Positions 46,987 to 55,877 of a stretch of DNA of 64,000 nt are shown in pieces. Source of the DNA: Candidatus Fraserbacteria bacterium (GTDB lineage: Bacteria; Bipolaricaulota; Bipolaricaulia; RBG-16-55-9; DRXL01); the NCBI GenBank assembly GCA_947085185.1, contig CAMTVK010000021.1:72409-136408 (forward strand), read 5' to 3'. Each line of letters opens with the position of its first letter. The first letter of the stretch is position 1. A program made the position numbers and the translations under genes. Under the pieces are notes generated by a model. That model made no database searches, was not told the origin of the DNA, and worked only from the letters and a program-made list of their open reading frames with translations.

Positions 46987-47790
46987 ATGCCTGAGCTTCC
47001 CGAAGTCGAAACTCTCTGTCGCGCGCTCGCCCAAGAGCTTAAGGGGCACACGCTCATAGCCCTAAAAATCCACGAGCCGCGCTTGCTCCAGAACGCCTCA
47101 GAGCGCGAGTTTCAACGCGCGCTCGTCGGCTGTCGTCTGCGCACGATCAAGCGTCGGGCAAAGTTCTTGCTCTTCGACTTTGGGGAGTACACAGCGGTGT
47201 TGCACCTGCGCATGACGGGATGGCCGACGCTGCACCCCATAGAGCGCCCACGCTTCATCTTTGAGTTCGACCAAGAGAAGACCCTTTACTTCAGCGACAC
47301 GCGACGCTTGGCCACGCTGCATCTGATCGAGAGCGCGCGCTTACATAGAGTGCCCCCGTTGGGAGAGCTTGGGATAGAGCCGTTTCAGCCCACGTACACT
47401 TTTGAAAACTTTTGGGCACTCTTGCAAACAGACCAAGAGATCAAGAGGCTCTTATTAGATCAGCGCAAGATCGCGGGAGTGGGGAATATTTATGCGTGTG
47501 AAGCGCTCTTTGCGAGTAGAATTCACCCGCAGCGTCCGGCGCAAAGCCTTTCACGTGGTGAAGCGCGACGGCTCTTCATCCAGATCGAGAAGATTCTCGC
47601 GCAGGCGATCGCCGAGCAAGGGACGTCAGTGCGAACGTATCGGGTGTTGACGGGGGAGCCCGGAAATTTTCAGAATTTTTTGAGAGTCTACGATCGTGCA
47701 GACAAGCCGTGCGTAGAGTGTAAGACTCCCCTTGTGCGCATCGAGCAAGGCGGACGTGGGACATATCTGTGCCCCACGTGCCAGAGATAG
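46987..47790 (+). CDS. mutM: Formamidopyrimidine-DNA glycosylase
   Basis: MPELPEVET, HLRMTG, LLDQ..IAGVGNIY, C-terminal Zn finger. Confidence 0.95.
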   Translation: MPELPEVETLCRALAQELKGHTLIALKIHEPRLLQNASEREFQRALVGCRLRTIKRRAKFLLFDFGEYTAVLHLRMTGWPTLHPIERPRFIFEFDQEKTLYFSDTRRLATLHLIESARLHRVPPLGELGIEPFQPTYTFENFWALLQTDQEIKRLLLDQRKIAGVGNIYACEALFASRIHPQRPAQSLSRGEARRLFIQIEKILAQAIAEQGTSVRTYRVLTGEPGNFQNFLRVYDRADKPCVECKTPLVRIEQGGRGTYLCPTCQR

Positions 47791-47812
47791 GGCCCTCACC
47801 CCCTGTTTAGAC

Positions 47813-49942
47813 TTACACGCTCTTCGATCTCAAGTCTACATACAGAACATTCCCGCATGCCGTCACGGTATTGCTCGCCGGCACGTCATACTCTATGACC
47901 GTGCTTCCGTCAGGCAGCGTCACTTGGATGCGCTGCGTTTCGGAACTATTATTGGTATACACCAAGCACCCGTCGCGCTCGCTGCGCATCCACACCGACG
48001 GATTGACAAACTCTAACTTACTGAAGAAGAGGGTGATGAGCGCTGCGGGCGGCCCCTCGGTGATCTGAATTTCTACGGGTACGGTGAGCGGGCTGTTTTG
48101 GGCGTTCTCTGCGGTAATGATGATCGCGCTCTCGTAGGTGCCCACGGCTAGATTACCGAGATCTAGGCTGACTTGGATGAGCGCCCGCCCTACGCCTCCA
48201 GATGATGAGAGCTTGAGAGAGTCCGTTTGCGCTTGCGCCGACCAAACGAACTCCCCTGACCCAATGTTGGCAATCTCAAGCAGCTGCGGTGCGGGAGCCG
48301 GGCCATTGACCTGTGCGACAAACTTCAAGCGCTCTGGAAAGACCCCAATGGTGACGGCTTGGGGCTGCTCTTCCTTGAGGGGCTCGCCCAGTGCGATGCG
48401 CCCCTTCCCGTAGGTGTTGTCTGGGCCGTCCTCCCCACGATCAGCGGCGCGCGACGCGAGAAAATCCGCGATCTCCTTAGGGCCCCAGGCAGGGCGAATG
48501 CTCTTGACGAGAGCCGCAGCGCCCGCTGCGTGCGGGCTGGCCGCTGAAGTGCCGAAGAACGGCCTAAACGTCACGGTGCGCACGCCATCGGGGGCGGAAA
48601 AATCGGGCTTGATGCGCCCGTCTTTAGTCGGCCCGCGCGAACTATACCGTCGCGCAGCATCATTGCGAAAGTCCACTGCTCCGATGCTGAACGCGCTAGG
48701 AGATACAGCCGGCTCGAAGACCCCAACGCTTCCCTCAAAGACTAAATATTCCGGCTCGATGTTTATAAGAGAGATATCAAGCCGAGCGGGCTTGGTCCCA
48801 GTGCGCTGGCGAATCTTTAAGTGATATCTTCCCGAATCGCGCGCGGTGAAGAAGAGCACTCGCGACGGCCAGCCGAAGCGCAACTGACCCCCGCTGGCGC
48901 GCCGCCGCCCCGCGTTGTCAAAGAGCAAGAGCTCATAGTTCTCTGTAGCCCGGCCGCACTTGTCCTCCCAGCTGAGCACGGCGATCACAGCGCCGACTTC
49001 GTCAGCGTCTACATCAAACGAAAGATCTTCGTCGTCACCTAAGAAATTGTGAAATCCGTCTTTGTCGGGATCGTCGAAGACCCCTTGCCAATGCTCGGTC
49101 GCGTGATTGCCCACCGAGACCGCCCAGAAGATCCCGGCGTCGCGCGCGCGCTTCACAATGGGCTCGATCAGCCCGGTGCCCTCCCATGGGCAGCCCGTGC
49201 CCAAGAAATTAAAAGAAGTGTTGATGACTTGAACGCCCTCGGAGATGAGAAAGTCTACGGCGCGCCCAAGATCAACGTCGGTGTCAAAGTTCACTAAATA
49301 GAGGGTCGCTTCTGGGACCATGTCGTAGACGATCTCGGCAACGGCTGTGCCGTGGCTCTTCCCAGCTTCGATGTCTTCATCCCGGGTGAACGACCGCACG
49401 ATGACGCGCTCAGCCGGGGGCAGCTCGCCCCCCAAGAGCCTCTGATAGCCTCTAAAGCCCGCGTCTATAATAGCAACCTTGACTCCTTGGCCCTTGATCC
49501 CCGCGCTGTGCCAAAAGTTAGCCCCCAGCACCCGCACGCCCTCACTGATAGTGTTCCCCTGCTCCCACACGGGCGTAAGAGGCGTGCGCACCCACGCGAC
49601 CGAGTTCACAGACGCCAGAGCGTTCACAGCTCTCATGGGGACGAACGCTTGCACAAGATTCTGATAGACGGCCTCGACGCGCCCTCCCAGAGCCGTCACG
49701 CGCGCTTGCAGCGCTGGCACCTCTGAGGCTCCGGTCGCTTCAAGCACGATCCGCACTCGCCCAGATCGTACGTCTTCGGGCTTATTGGCGGGCAAGAAGG
49801 GCATCTCCATGCCCGACTCAAACGCCGTCAAGCTCTCGGCAAGCAGATCTTGAATCTTGGGCGGACGCACATCTTGAGCCTGAGGACTGAGAGACCCTCC
49901 CACGACAAAAAGCAACACTCCCACAATCAAGAGCCTTTTCAT
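47813..49942 (-). CDS. Secreted S8 (subtilase) serine peptidase with C-terminal BACON-like domain
   Basis: VAIIDAGF, HGTAVA, GTSAASPHAAG catalytic triad motifs. Confidence 0.92.
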   Translation of the reverse strand: MKRLLIVGVLLFVVGGSLSPQAQDVRPPKIQDLLAESLTAFESGMEMPFLPANKPEDVRSGRVRIVLEATGASEVPALQARVTALGGRVEAVYQNLVQAFVPMRAVNALASVNSVAWVRTPLTPVWEQGNTISEGVRVLGANFWHSAGIKGQGVKVAIIDAGFRGYQRLLGGELPPAERVIVRSFTRDEDIEAGKSHGTAVAEIVYDMVPEATLYLVNFDTDVDLGRAVDFLISEGVQVINTSFNFLGTGCPWEGTGLIEPIVKRARDAGIFWAVSVGNHATEHWQGVFDDPDKDGFHNFLGDDEDLSFDVDADEVGAVIAVLSWEDKCGRATENYELLLFDNAGRRRASGGQLRFGWPSRVLFFTARDSGRYHLKIRQRTGTKPARLDISLINIEPEYLVFEGSVGVFEPAVSPSAFSIGAVDFRNDAARRYSSRGPTKDGRIKPDFSAPDGVRTVTFRPFFGTSAASPHAAGAAALVKSIRPAWGPKEIADFLASRAADRGEDGPDNTYGKGRIALGEPLKEEQPQAVTIGVFPERLKFVAQVNGPAPAPQLLEIANIGSGEFVWSAQAQTDSLKLSSSGGVGRALIQVSLDLGNLAVGTYESAIIITAENAQNSPLTVPVEIQITEGPPAALITLFFSKLEFVNPSVWMRSERDGCLVYTNNSSETQRIQVTLPDGSTVIEYDVPASNTVTACGNVLYVDLRSKSV

Positions 49943-50016
49943 ACCTTCGACCCCTTTCACAATCAATCGTGTCGCTATTATATCAGATCAATGGGGATGG
50001 CTGACAGTAATGGGGC

Positions 50017-50469
50017 TTACTTGGTGTCGGGCTTGGGCCGGACCGGCAGACGGATGAACTCAATATGGGGATGGGTCGCGAGCTTCAGCAGCGCTTTGAT
50101 GGGAACGAGCGCTTGCAACTGATTCTCATAATCCGTCTCTACCCTGCCCTCTAGGGCTTCTTCTATAGCCCAGCGAAGTTCTTCGAGCGCCTCGGAGTTT
50201 ATTGCTTCAATCACGACGACGACTTTGCCATCTTGGAGATCTTGCTCAAAGCCGTTCTCCTTGGCGAACTTTGCGGGATCAGGCGCGACAATCAGCCCGA
50301 CCAACCGCTCTTGCAGCTTCGGGTAATCATCAGGATTGAGAGTCATCGTTGGCTCCGGCTGAGAGATGGGGGACGAGCTTGGGCGCGGCGCCATAGCGAT
50401 ATACCAGAACGCCCCAGCCACAAGCACAAGCACGACCAACGCTAAAAAAAATCCCGGCGTCCTCGGCAT
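50017..50469 (-). CDS. Membrane-anchored stand-alone S8 pro-domain-like protein
   Basis: AAGGAGG RBS and N-terminal TM helix. The C-terminus aligns by eye with the propeptide of the adjacent S8 protease. Confidence 0.65.
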   Translation of the reverse strand: MPRTPGFFLALVVLVLVAGAFWYIAMAPRPSSSPISQPEPTMTLNPDDYPKLQERLVGLIVAPDPAKFAKENGFEQDLQDGKVVVVIEAINSEALEELRWAIEEALEGRVETDYENQLQALVPIKALLKLATHPHIEFIRLPVRPKPDTK

Positions 50470-50482
50470 AGCGTGACCTCCT

Positions 50483-51802
50483 TTAGGCTCTCCGGACGAT
50501 GAGCGTGCCGTTCTCAATGCGCTCGACGCGCACTGATTCACCAGGCTTGATCGGTCCGTCTACCGCCGTCGCTCTCCAGTACTCGCCCGTGATAAAGACC
50601 ATCCCCGTGGGGTTGAGCTCGTCGCGCGCGGTGCCCACCGCGCCGATCATCCCTTCTTTGCCCGTGGCTACGGGCTTGCGCTGAATCAATAAGCCCTTCG
50701 TCACCATGAAGACAAAAAGTGCCGTGATCGTCCCAACGGTCGCAAAGATACTGATGGGCGAGATACTGAGCGCCGGAGCTTCGAAGCTCTCAAAGTTAAA
50801 GAGCATAAACGACCCGATCAACAGCGAGATCACTCCACCAATAGTCAATGCTAGATGCGTCGGCGTAAAGAGATCGATGACCATTAACGCTGCTCCCAAG
50901 AGCATGAACGCGAGCCCTGCGACGTTAAAGGGCAAGACCTGCAAGCCCAATAGCGCCAGCAACAGACAGATCGCGCCGCCGATCCCCACCCCAAAGCCGG
51001 GCGTGAAAAACTCTGCGATCAGTGCGTAAATCCCAATAGTCAGCAACAGATAGACCACATTAGGGTCGGCCAAGTAATTCATCACTAGTTCTTTGAAGGT
51101 GCGCTCGTAGGTCTTGAGCGCCACGCCGGACGTCTGCACGCGTATCGTCTGGCCGTCGCGCTGGAGCTCATAGCCGTCCAGACGCGCAAGAAGCTCTTCG
51201 CGGCTGTTGGCGATCAGATTAATAATATTATTCTGCAGGGCTTCTTTGGCGGTGAGCGACTTGCCTTCCAAGACGAACTTCTCGGCCCATTCTTTGGAGC
51301 GCCCGCGTTTTTCTGCGATCTTCCGTGCTTCCGAAGCCACGAATTCTAAGATCTTTCTGCGGGCGGGGTCTTCTGAGCTGGGCTGCTCGCCCTCGCCGGG
51401 GCCCATGGAGATTGGGGTCGAAGAGCCGATATTAGTCCCTTCGGCCATGGCGGCGATATCCGCGGCCATGGTGATAAATGCTCCAGCAGAAGCAGCGCGC
51501 GCGCCTGCAGGTCCCACCCAGACCACTATGGGGATTGGGGCATTCAAGATCGCCGTGACCATGTCTTTGGTGGACTCGAGCAATCCGCCGGGGGTGTCCA
51601 GACGAATCACTAACAGCGATGCGCCATCGCGATGGGCTTCAGCAATGATGCGCAGCAGAAAATCTTTGGTGATGGGGTTGATGGAGCTTTCCAGCTCGGA
51701 GTAAGCGACCAATGGGGTAGGGGCTTGGGGCTGGCCCAGCGCGAGGGCGACTCCCAAGCCCAGCGATATCAACCCGAGCCCGACTCGTATGACGTGGCGC
51801 AT
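50483..51802 (-). CDS. nfeD: NfeD family membrane-bound ClpP-class serine protease
   Basis: LDTPGGL, ARAASAG, C-terminal OB fold GEYWRA. Confidence 0.9.
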   Translation of the reverse strand: MRHVIRVGLGLISLGLGVALALGQPQAPTPLVAYSELESSINPITKDFLLRIIAEAHRDGASLLVIRLDTPGGLLESTKDMVTAILNAPIPIVVWVGPAGARAASAGAFITMAADIAAMAEGTNIGSSTPISMGPGEGEQPSSEDPARRKILEFVASEARKIAEKRGRSKEWAEKFVLEGKSLTAKEALQNNIINLIANSREELLARLDGYELQRDGQTIRVQTSGVALKTYERTFKELVMNYLADPNVVYLLLTIGIYALIAEFFTPGFGVGIGGAICLLLALLGLQVLPFNVAGLAFMLLGAALMVIDLFTPTHLALTIGGVISLLIGSFMLFNFESFEAPALSISPISIFATVGTITALFVFMVTKGLLIQRKPVATGKEGMIGAVGTARDELNPTGMVFITGEYWRATAVDGPIKPGESVRVERIENGTLIVRRA

Positions 51803-51826
51803 ACTACAATGGTGGAGGTGGCGGGA

Positions 51827-52536
51827 CAGCATTTCCAGTCCTTTCGAACTGGGCTGGACTATGCCTTCATCCCTTGCGGGATGCGGGGCGTGTTAGCGCT
51901 TGCATGAAGCGCTCCTAGTACCCACCCTCCCCACAAAGAAGAGTGGAGTCGGTGGGCCTATGAGTCTCTACAGGGCCGGCCTGAGGTTAGCCCCCTTCCG
52001 ACCCCTCGGCGTTGCCATCGTGTGTTTGGGCACACAAGCAGGCTTCGCCGATGTGAGCCCCGTTGTCACCTAGACATCGCTGCCTAGGGCGACCTTGTGA
52101 GGTTATGGCGAAGAATTCTTTAATAAACTGCTCTCGTTGCTTTAATAGCTCGGCAGAGTATCTGCCGTTGCGGGGTGTAAGAGCTCGATAGCGATATAGC
52201 ACCAGCTCTGCTCGGTGTCGTTTGTAGCTTCGCAAATGAGACGCAACTTGCTTAAGAAGAGCAAGAGCTTGGGCGTTAGATATGGCATACGTATAGCTAG
52301 GCGTATGCTCAGGCTTATAGACGCGCTTCGTTGTAATCCGACCGGCGCCAACCACCTTCTGCACCCACGCCAGCACTGAGTGCTCCGTACTGCTGATCGA
52401 AACCAGCAGATGTCGATGGGCGCCTCGGTACTTACGAGTGAGGGTGATGGTGCCCTCACCGTCAATTAATCCGGCAAGATAAGCGCGTTCAGCTGTGGTC
52501 AGCTCTCTGACACCCTGCACCATAACCTCGATGTTG
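51827..52536 (-). mobile_element. Group I intron in the tmRNA T-loop
   Basis: Exon ends in U and the intron ends in G. IGS GGUCG pairs with CGAU|C through a U.G wobble. P3 CGGGGC/GCCCCG, R element GTAGAGACT, S element GAAGGCATAGTCC, P8 CATCCC-GCAA-GGGATG, P9 with a GAAA loop. Confidence 0.9.
51987..52523 (-). CDS. Single-motif LAGLIDADG homing endonuclease (intron-encoded)
   Basis: AYLAGLIDGEG motif. Lies entirely within the intron. Confidence 0.9.
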   Translation of the reverse strand: MVQGVRELTTAERAYLAGLIDGEGTITLTRKYRGAHRHLLVSISSTEHSVLAWVQKVVGAGRITTKRVYKPEHTPSYTYAISNAQALALLKQVASHLRSYKRHRAELVLYRYRALTPRNGRYSAELLKQREQFIKEFFAITSQGRPRQRCLGDNGAHIGEACLCAQTHDGNAEGSEGG

Positions 52537-52940
52537 ATCGAACCCGCGTCCGGAGATGCTTTCGCTTGGCATCTACAGGCTTAGTTCGGTGTTTTGCTTT
52601 GAGATCAGCCGCTCCCACCGAACAGGATCGGCTGATCCGAGCTCCATTGAGAGATTCCCACGCGCCCCAGAGCTGAGCGCGCGGTCAGCCCGTTTTGTCG
52701 GTCCCTTGCGCGAGCCAACGGGCAAAGCTCCGCGCAAGAGATGCCTCCCTTAGTTCAGAGAAGCAGTAGCGTAAGCAAAGTTGTTGGCACTTATGGGCCA
52801 TCGGCCGTTTTTGGGAGGTGGCCGCAACTCCGCCTGCAGCCTCCCTGCCGCATCCCCGTCGAATCCAGTGCACCCCCATGTCAAAGACCATGCGCGCTGC
52901 GCACCTTATATTATAGCAGAAGATTGTGCGCCTTCAACTA

Positions 52941-53900
52941 TTACGGGCGCTCCAGCTGGAGCGTCGCCTCCGGGAAGGCTTCTAAGACCGGGATGCCCAG
53001 CCAATCCGAAGGAATGACCAATCCCAACGCGGCCAGCACCGTTGCTGCCGTATCGTAGATACGAATGGGCTGAGCGAGCTCGCGCCCGATCTCGATCCGT
53101 GAGGTCCACAATATCCAAGGGATCGTCAGGTCTCTGGGGTCGTCGGTGCCGTGGATGCGCCCATGCCCCCCATGATCGGCTGTGACGATGATCACGGAGT
53201 CATTGAGGATCTTTAAGTCTTCGAGATTCCTGAGCAAAAGCCCAATCGCCTTGTCCACCCGCTCAATCGCTTGGAGCTGCCGCACGGTCATCCAGCCATA
53301 GCGATGGCCCACGTCGTCCACGTCCGACAGATGCAGAAAGACCAATCGCGGACGGTGCTCTGAAATATATTCTATCGCTTCTTTGATCAGGGTTTGCGCA
53401 TCGCTATTGATGACAAAGAGCGGGGTCTTTGGTGGGAAGAGCTGCTCGAGCTTGCGCTTGCTCACAAACGCTGCGGTCGAGATATGGTCTCCCTGGGCGA
53501 TCTCAAAGATAGTGGGCACGGTGATGCGTCCCAGCTCGGGAGCCCAGTAATTCCAAGTAATGCGATGGCGCTCCGGAGGGACGCCGCTCAGCAGCGACGC
53601 TATCGCGGGCAACGTCAAGCTGGGCAGCACCGTCTGGGCGGTCCAACTGTAGAGCCCGGACTGCCAGAGTCTGTCAAGATTTGGAGTCTGAGCCCGCTGC
53701 AGCGCATCAGGGCGCAGCCCATCAACGACGATGACGAAAACAAAATAGTCTTTCACCGTGAAATGGCGTACTTTTGGAGGCAGCGGGGAGATCGTCGGAG
53801 GAGGCGGCGGGGGCGCCACGACTGAAACCGAAGGGGCCTGAGGAGGCGGCAGGCTCCCCAAGGCGACAAAGAGCAAAAAGAGCAAGAATTCAAAGCGCAT
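52941..53900 (-). CDS. Alkaline phosphatase/nucleotide pyrophosphatase superfamily protein
   Basis: VDGLRPD, SLTLP, DVDDVGH, TADHGG, HG. Confidence 0.88.
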   Translation of the reverse strand: MRFEFLLFLLFVALGSLPPPQAPSVSVVAPPPPPPTISPLPPKVRHFTVKDYFVFVIVVDGLRPDALQRAQTPNLDRLWQSGLYSWTAQTVLPSLTLPAIASLLSGVPPERHRITWNYWAPELGRITVPTIFEIAQGDHISTAAFVSKRKLEQLFPPKTPLFVINSDAQTLIKEAIEYISEHRPRLVFLHLSDVDDVGHRYGWMTVRQLQAIERVDKAIGLLLRNLEDLKILNDSVIIVTADHGGHGRIHGTDDPRDLTIPWILWTSRIEIGRELAQPIRIYDTAATVLAALGLVIPSDWLGIPVLEAFPEATLQLERP

Positions 53901-54423
53901 AGAGCTCTGGGCGCAAGCGGGGGATGAGCGCCATCAGCACGGCTTGCTCAGTGAGCTGCTCGCGCGTCAAGAGATTCTTGGAGAGATAGCCAATCGCGCC
54001 CCCTTTGTGACCGATCTTGTCTATGCCCGTCAGCTCACTCATGACGTCTCCCACGGTCCGTCCCTGAAGCACCTGCTCGATCACTCTGAGCGGATAGACA
54101 AACCCTGAGCCGTGCCCTACCGTAAGCGTGCCATCTTGGCCGATAATCGCACAGAACTGCACGTCGAAATAGAGCTGTAAGCTCTTGTGCCACATCAGCC
54201 CCGCTTCGATTCCTACGCCAAAGTCGGCGTCTTGGAGGGCTCTTTTGGCGCGTTCGCAGGCCCCTTTCGCGATATCATCGTCGAAGGGCTGCAAGGGCAC
54301 GCCCGACTCGACAGAGATCAGACGGACTTCTGTCGGGCCCAAGGCGCGCACAAAGACCCTCTTCACCGCTTGTGCTTTGATGGGGTTGTTCGACCCTACA
54401 TGCACGCGTATCACAGCGTTCAT
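53890..54423 (-). CDS. yjjX: Inosine/xanthosine triphosphatase (YjjX family)
   Basis: VGSNNPIK, SGVPLQP, GVGIEAG, GAIGYLS. Confidence 0.88.
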   Translation of the reverse strand: MNAVIRVHVGSNNPIKAQAVKRVFVRALGPTEVRLISVESGVPLQPFDDDIAKGACERAKRALQDADFGVGIEAGLMWHKSLQLYFDVQFCAIIGQDGTLTVGHGSGFVYPLRVIEQVLQGRTVGDVMSELTGIDKIGHKGGAIGYLSKNLLTREQLTEQAVLMALIPRLRPELYAL

Positions 54424-54596
54424 ATTATGACAGAAGATCTCACACGAGGCAATGACACCCTTCTCAGTATCACGGGATTTTCACGCCCTCACCCCTTGCG
54501 CTCCCCTCTCCCTTCTTAAGGTGAGGGCTCCCTACTAGCCAAAACGCCATCCTTCCGTTACAATAAGCGTCATCCAATACCCTCAAGGAGAGACCC

Positions 54597-55877
54597 ATGC
54601 TGGACATCAAACCGATCCGTGAGAACCCTCAAGAGATCGAGCGGCGTCTGCGCACCAGAGATGAGACTCTTTCGCTAGGCCCGCTGCTTGCGCTCGATGA
54701 GGAGCGCCGCAGGCTCATCAGCCAAGTGGAGCAGCTCAAGGCGCAGCGCAACAAAGCCACAGAACAGATCGCGCAGCTTAAGCGCTCCGGCAAAGAGAGT
54801 GAAGCACAGAATCTCATCGCCGAGATGGGGCATCTTGCTGATCAGATCAAGGTGCTCGATGGCAAGCTCGCCCAGATCGAACACGAGATCGAAGATCTCT
54901 TGGCACGCCTGCCCAACCTGCCCCACGAGAGCGTCCCCGTCAGCCCCAATAAGGGCGACAAGAAAATCCTGAGAGAGTTCGGGCAGAAGCCGAATCTTTC
55001 GTTCCCGTTTAAGAGTCACGTCGAACTGGGAGAGCACCTAGGGCTATTGGACTTCCCTCGGGCAGCAAAGATCGCCGGCTCGCGCTTCCCCCTCTATCGG
55101 GGCAAGGGCGCCCTCGTGGAGATGGCCCTCGTCTTCTTCATGCTGCGCTACCAGACCGAAAAGAACGGCTACATCCCAATCTTCCCGCCGTTTTTGGGCA
55201 ACCCCGAAAGCTTCTTTGCCGCAGGCCAGCTGCCCAAGTTCGCCGACCAAGTCTACTTCTGCCCCGAAGATAAACTCTATCTCAACCCGACCGCTGAAGT
55301 CTTGCTCGCCAATCTCCATCGCGATGAGATCTTAGATGGCGCCCAGCTCCCCCTAAAATATTGCGCCTATACCGCGTGCTTTCGCAGGGAGGCCGGCACC
55401 TACGGCGAAGAAGAGAAAGGGCTCATCCGGATGCATCAGTTCAACAAAGTCGAGCTGTTCAAGTTCACCAAGCCCGAAGAGTCCTACACGGAATTAGAGA
55501 GCTTGGTCGAGGACGCCGAAGATATTCTCAAAGAGCTCAATGTGCACTACCGGGTCGCGCTGTTGCCCACGTGCGACTTGGCGCAACAGTCAGCAAAGAC
55601 TATAGATCTTGAAGTCTGGATCCCCTCGCAGAACCGCTACTATGAGGTAAGCTCCATCAGCAACTGTGAAGACTTCCAAGCGCGGCGTGGCAATATACGC
55701 TTTCGCCGCGAGAAGGGGAGCAAGCCCGAGTATGTGCACACGCTCAACGGCTCGGGCTTGGCCACTTCGCGGCTCTTTGTGGCGATCTTGGAGAACAATC
55801 AGCAGCCCGACGGCTCAGTGCTCATCCCCAAGCCGTTGCAGGAGTACGTGGGCACAGATCGTCTGACGCCGCCATGA
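54597..55877 (+). CDS. serS: Serine--tRNA ligase
   Basis: MLDIK, PTAEV, FRREAG..GLIRMHQFNKVE, HTLNGSGLA. Confidence 0.97.
   Translation: MLDIKPIRENPQEIERRLRTRDETLSLGPLLALDEERRRLISQVEQLKAQRNKATEQIAQLKRSGKESEAQNLIAEMGHLADQIKVLDGKLAQIEHEIEDLLARLPNLPHESVPVSPNKGDKKILREFGQKPNLSFPFKSHVELGEHLGLLDFPRAAKIAGSRFPLYRGKGALVEMALVFFMLRYQTEKNGYIPIFPPFLGNPESFFAAGQLPKFADQVYFCPEDKLYLNPTAEVLLANLHRDEILDGAQLPLKYCAYTACFRREAGTYGEEEKGLIRMHQFNKVELFKFTKPEESYTELESLVEDAEDILKELNVHYRVALLPTCDLAQQSAKTIDLEVWIPSQNRYYEVSSISNCEDFQARRGNIRFRREKGSKPEYVHTLNGSGLATSRLFVAILENNQQPDGSVLIPKPLQEYVGTDRLTPP

Larger units (their letters stand above)
51810..52877 (-). ncRNA. ssrA: tmRNA, split by an intron (exon 1 52877-52537, exon 2 51826-51810; 358 nt spliced)
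   Basis: 5' GGGGGTGCACTGGATTCGAC and 3' TCCCGCCACCTCCACCA. The acceptor stem has the G3.U alanine identity pair. Splicing restores the T-arm GCGGG-TTCGATT-CCCGC. Tag frame ATAAGT-GCC...TAA at 52788-52750. Confidence 0.93.

Noticed and set aside
51810..51826. tmRNA 3' fragment read as the attR of an integrated island
   Set aside because: The upstream tmRNA part has no 3' end of its own, there is no integrase, and the intervening DNA has a group I core.
52556..53058. Short ORFs over the tmRNA region, and the NfeD extension to 51832
   Set aside because: They are shadows of the tmRNA gene.
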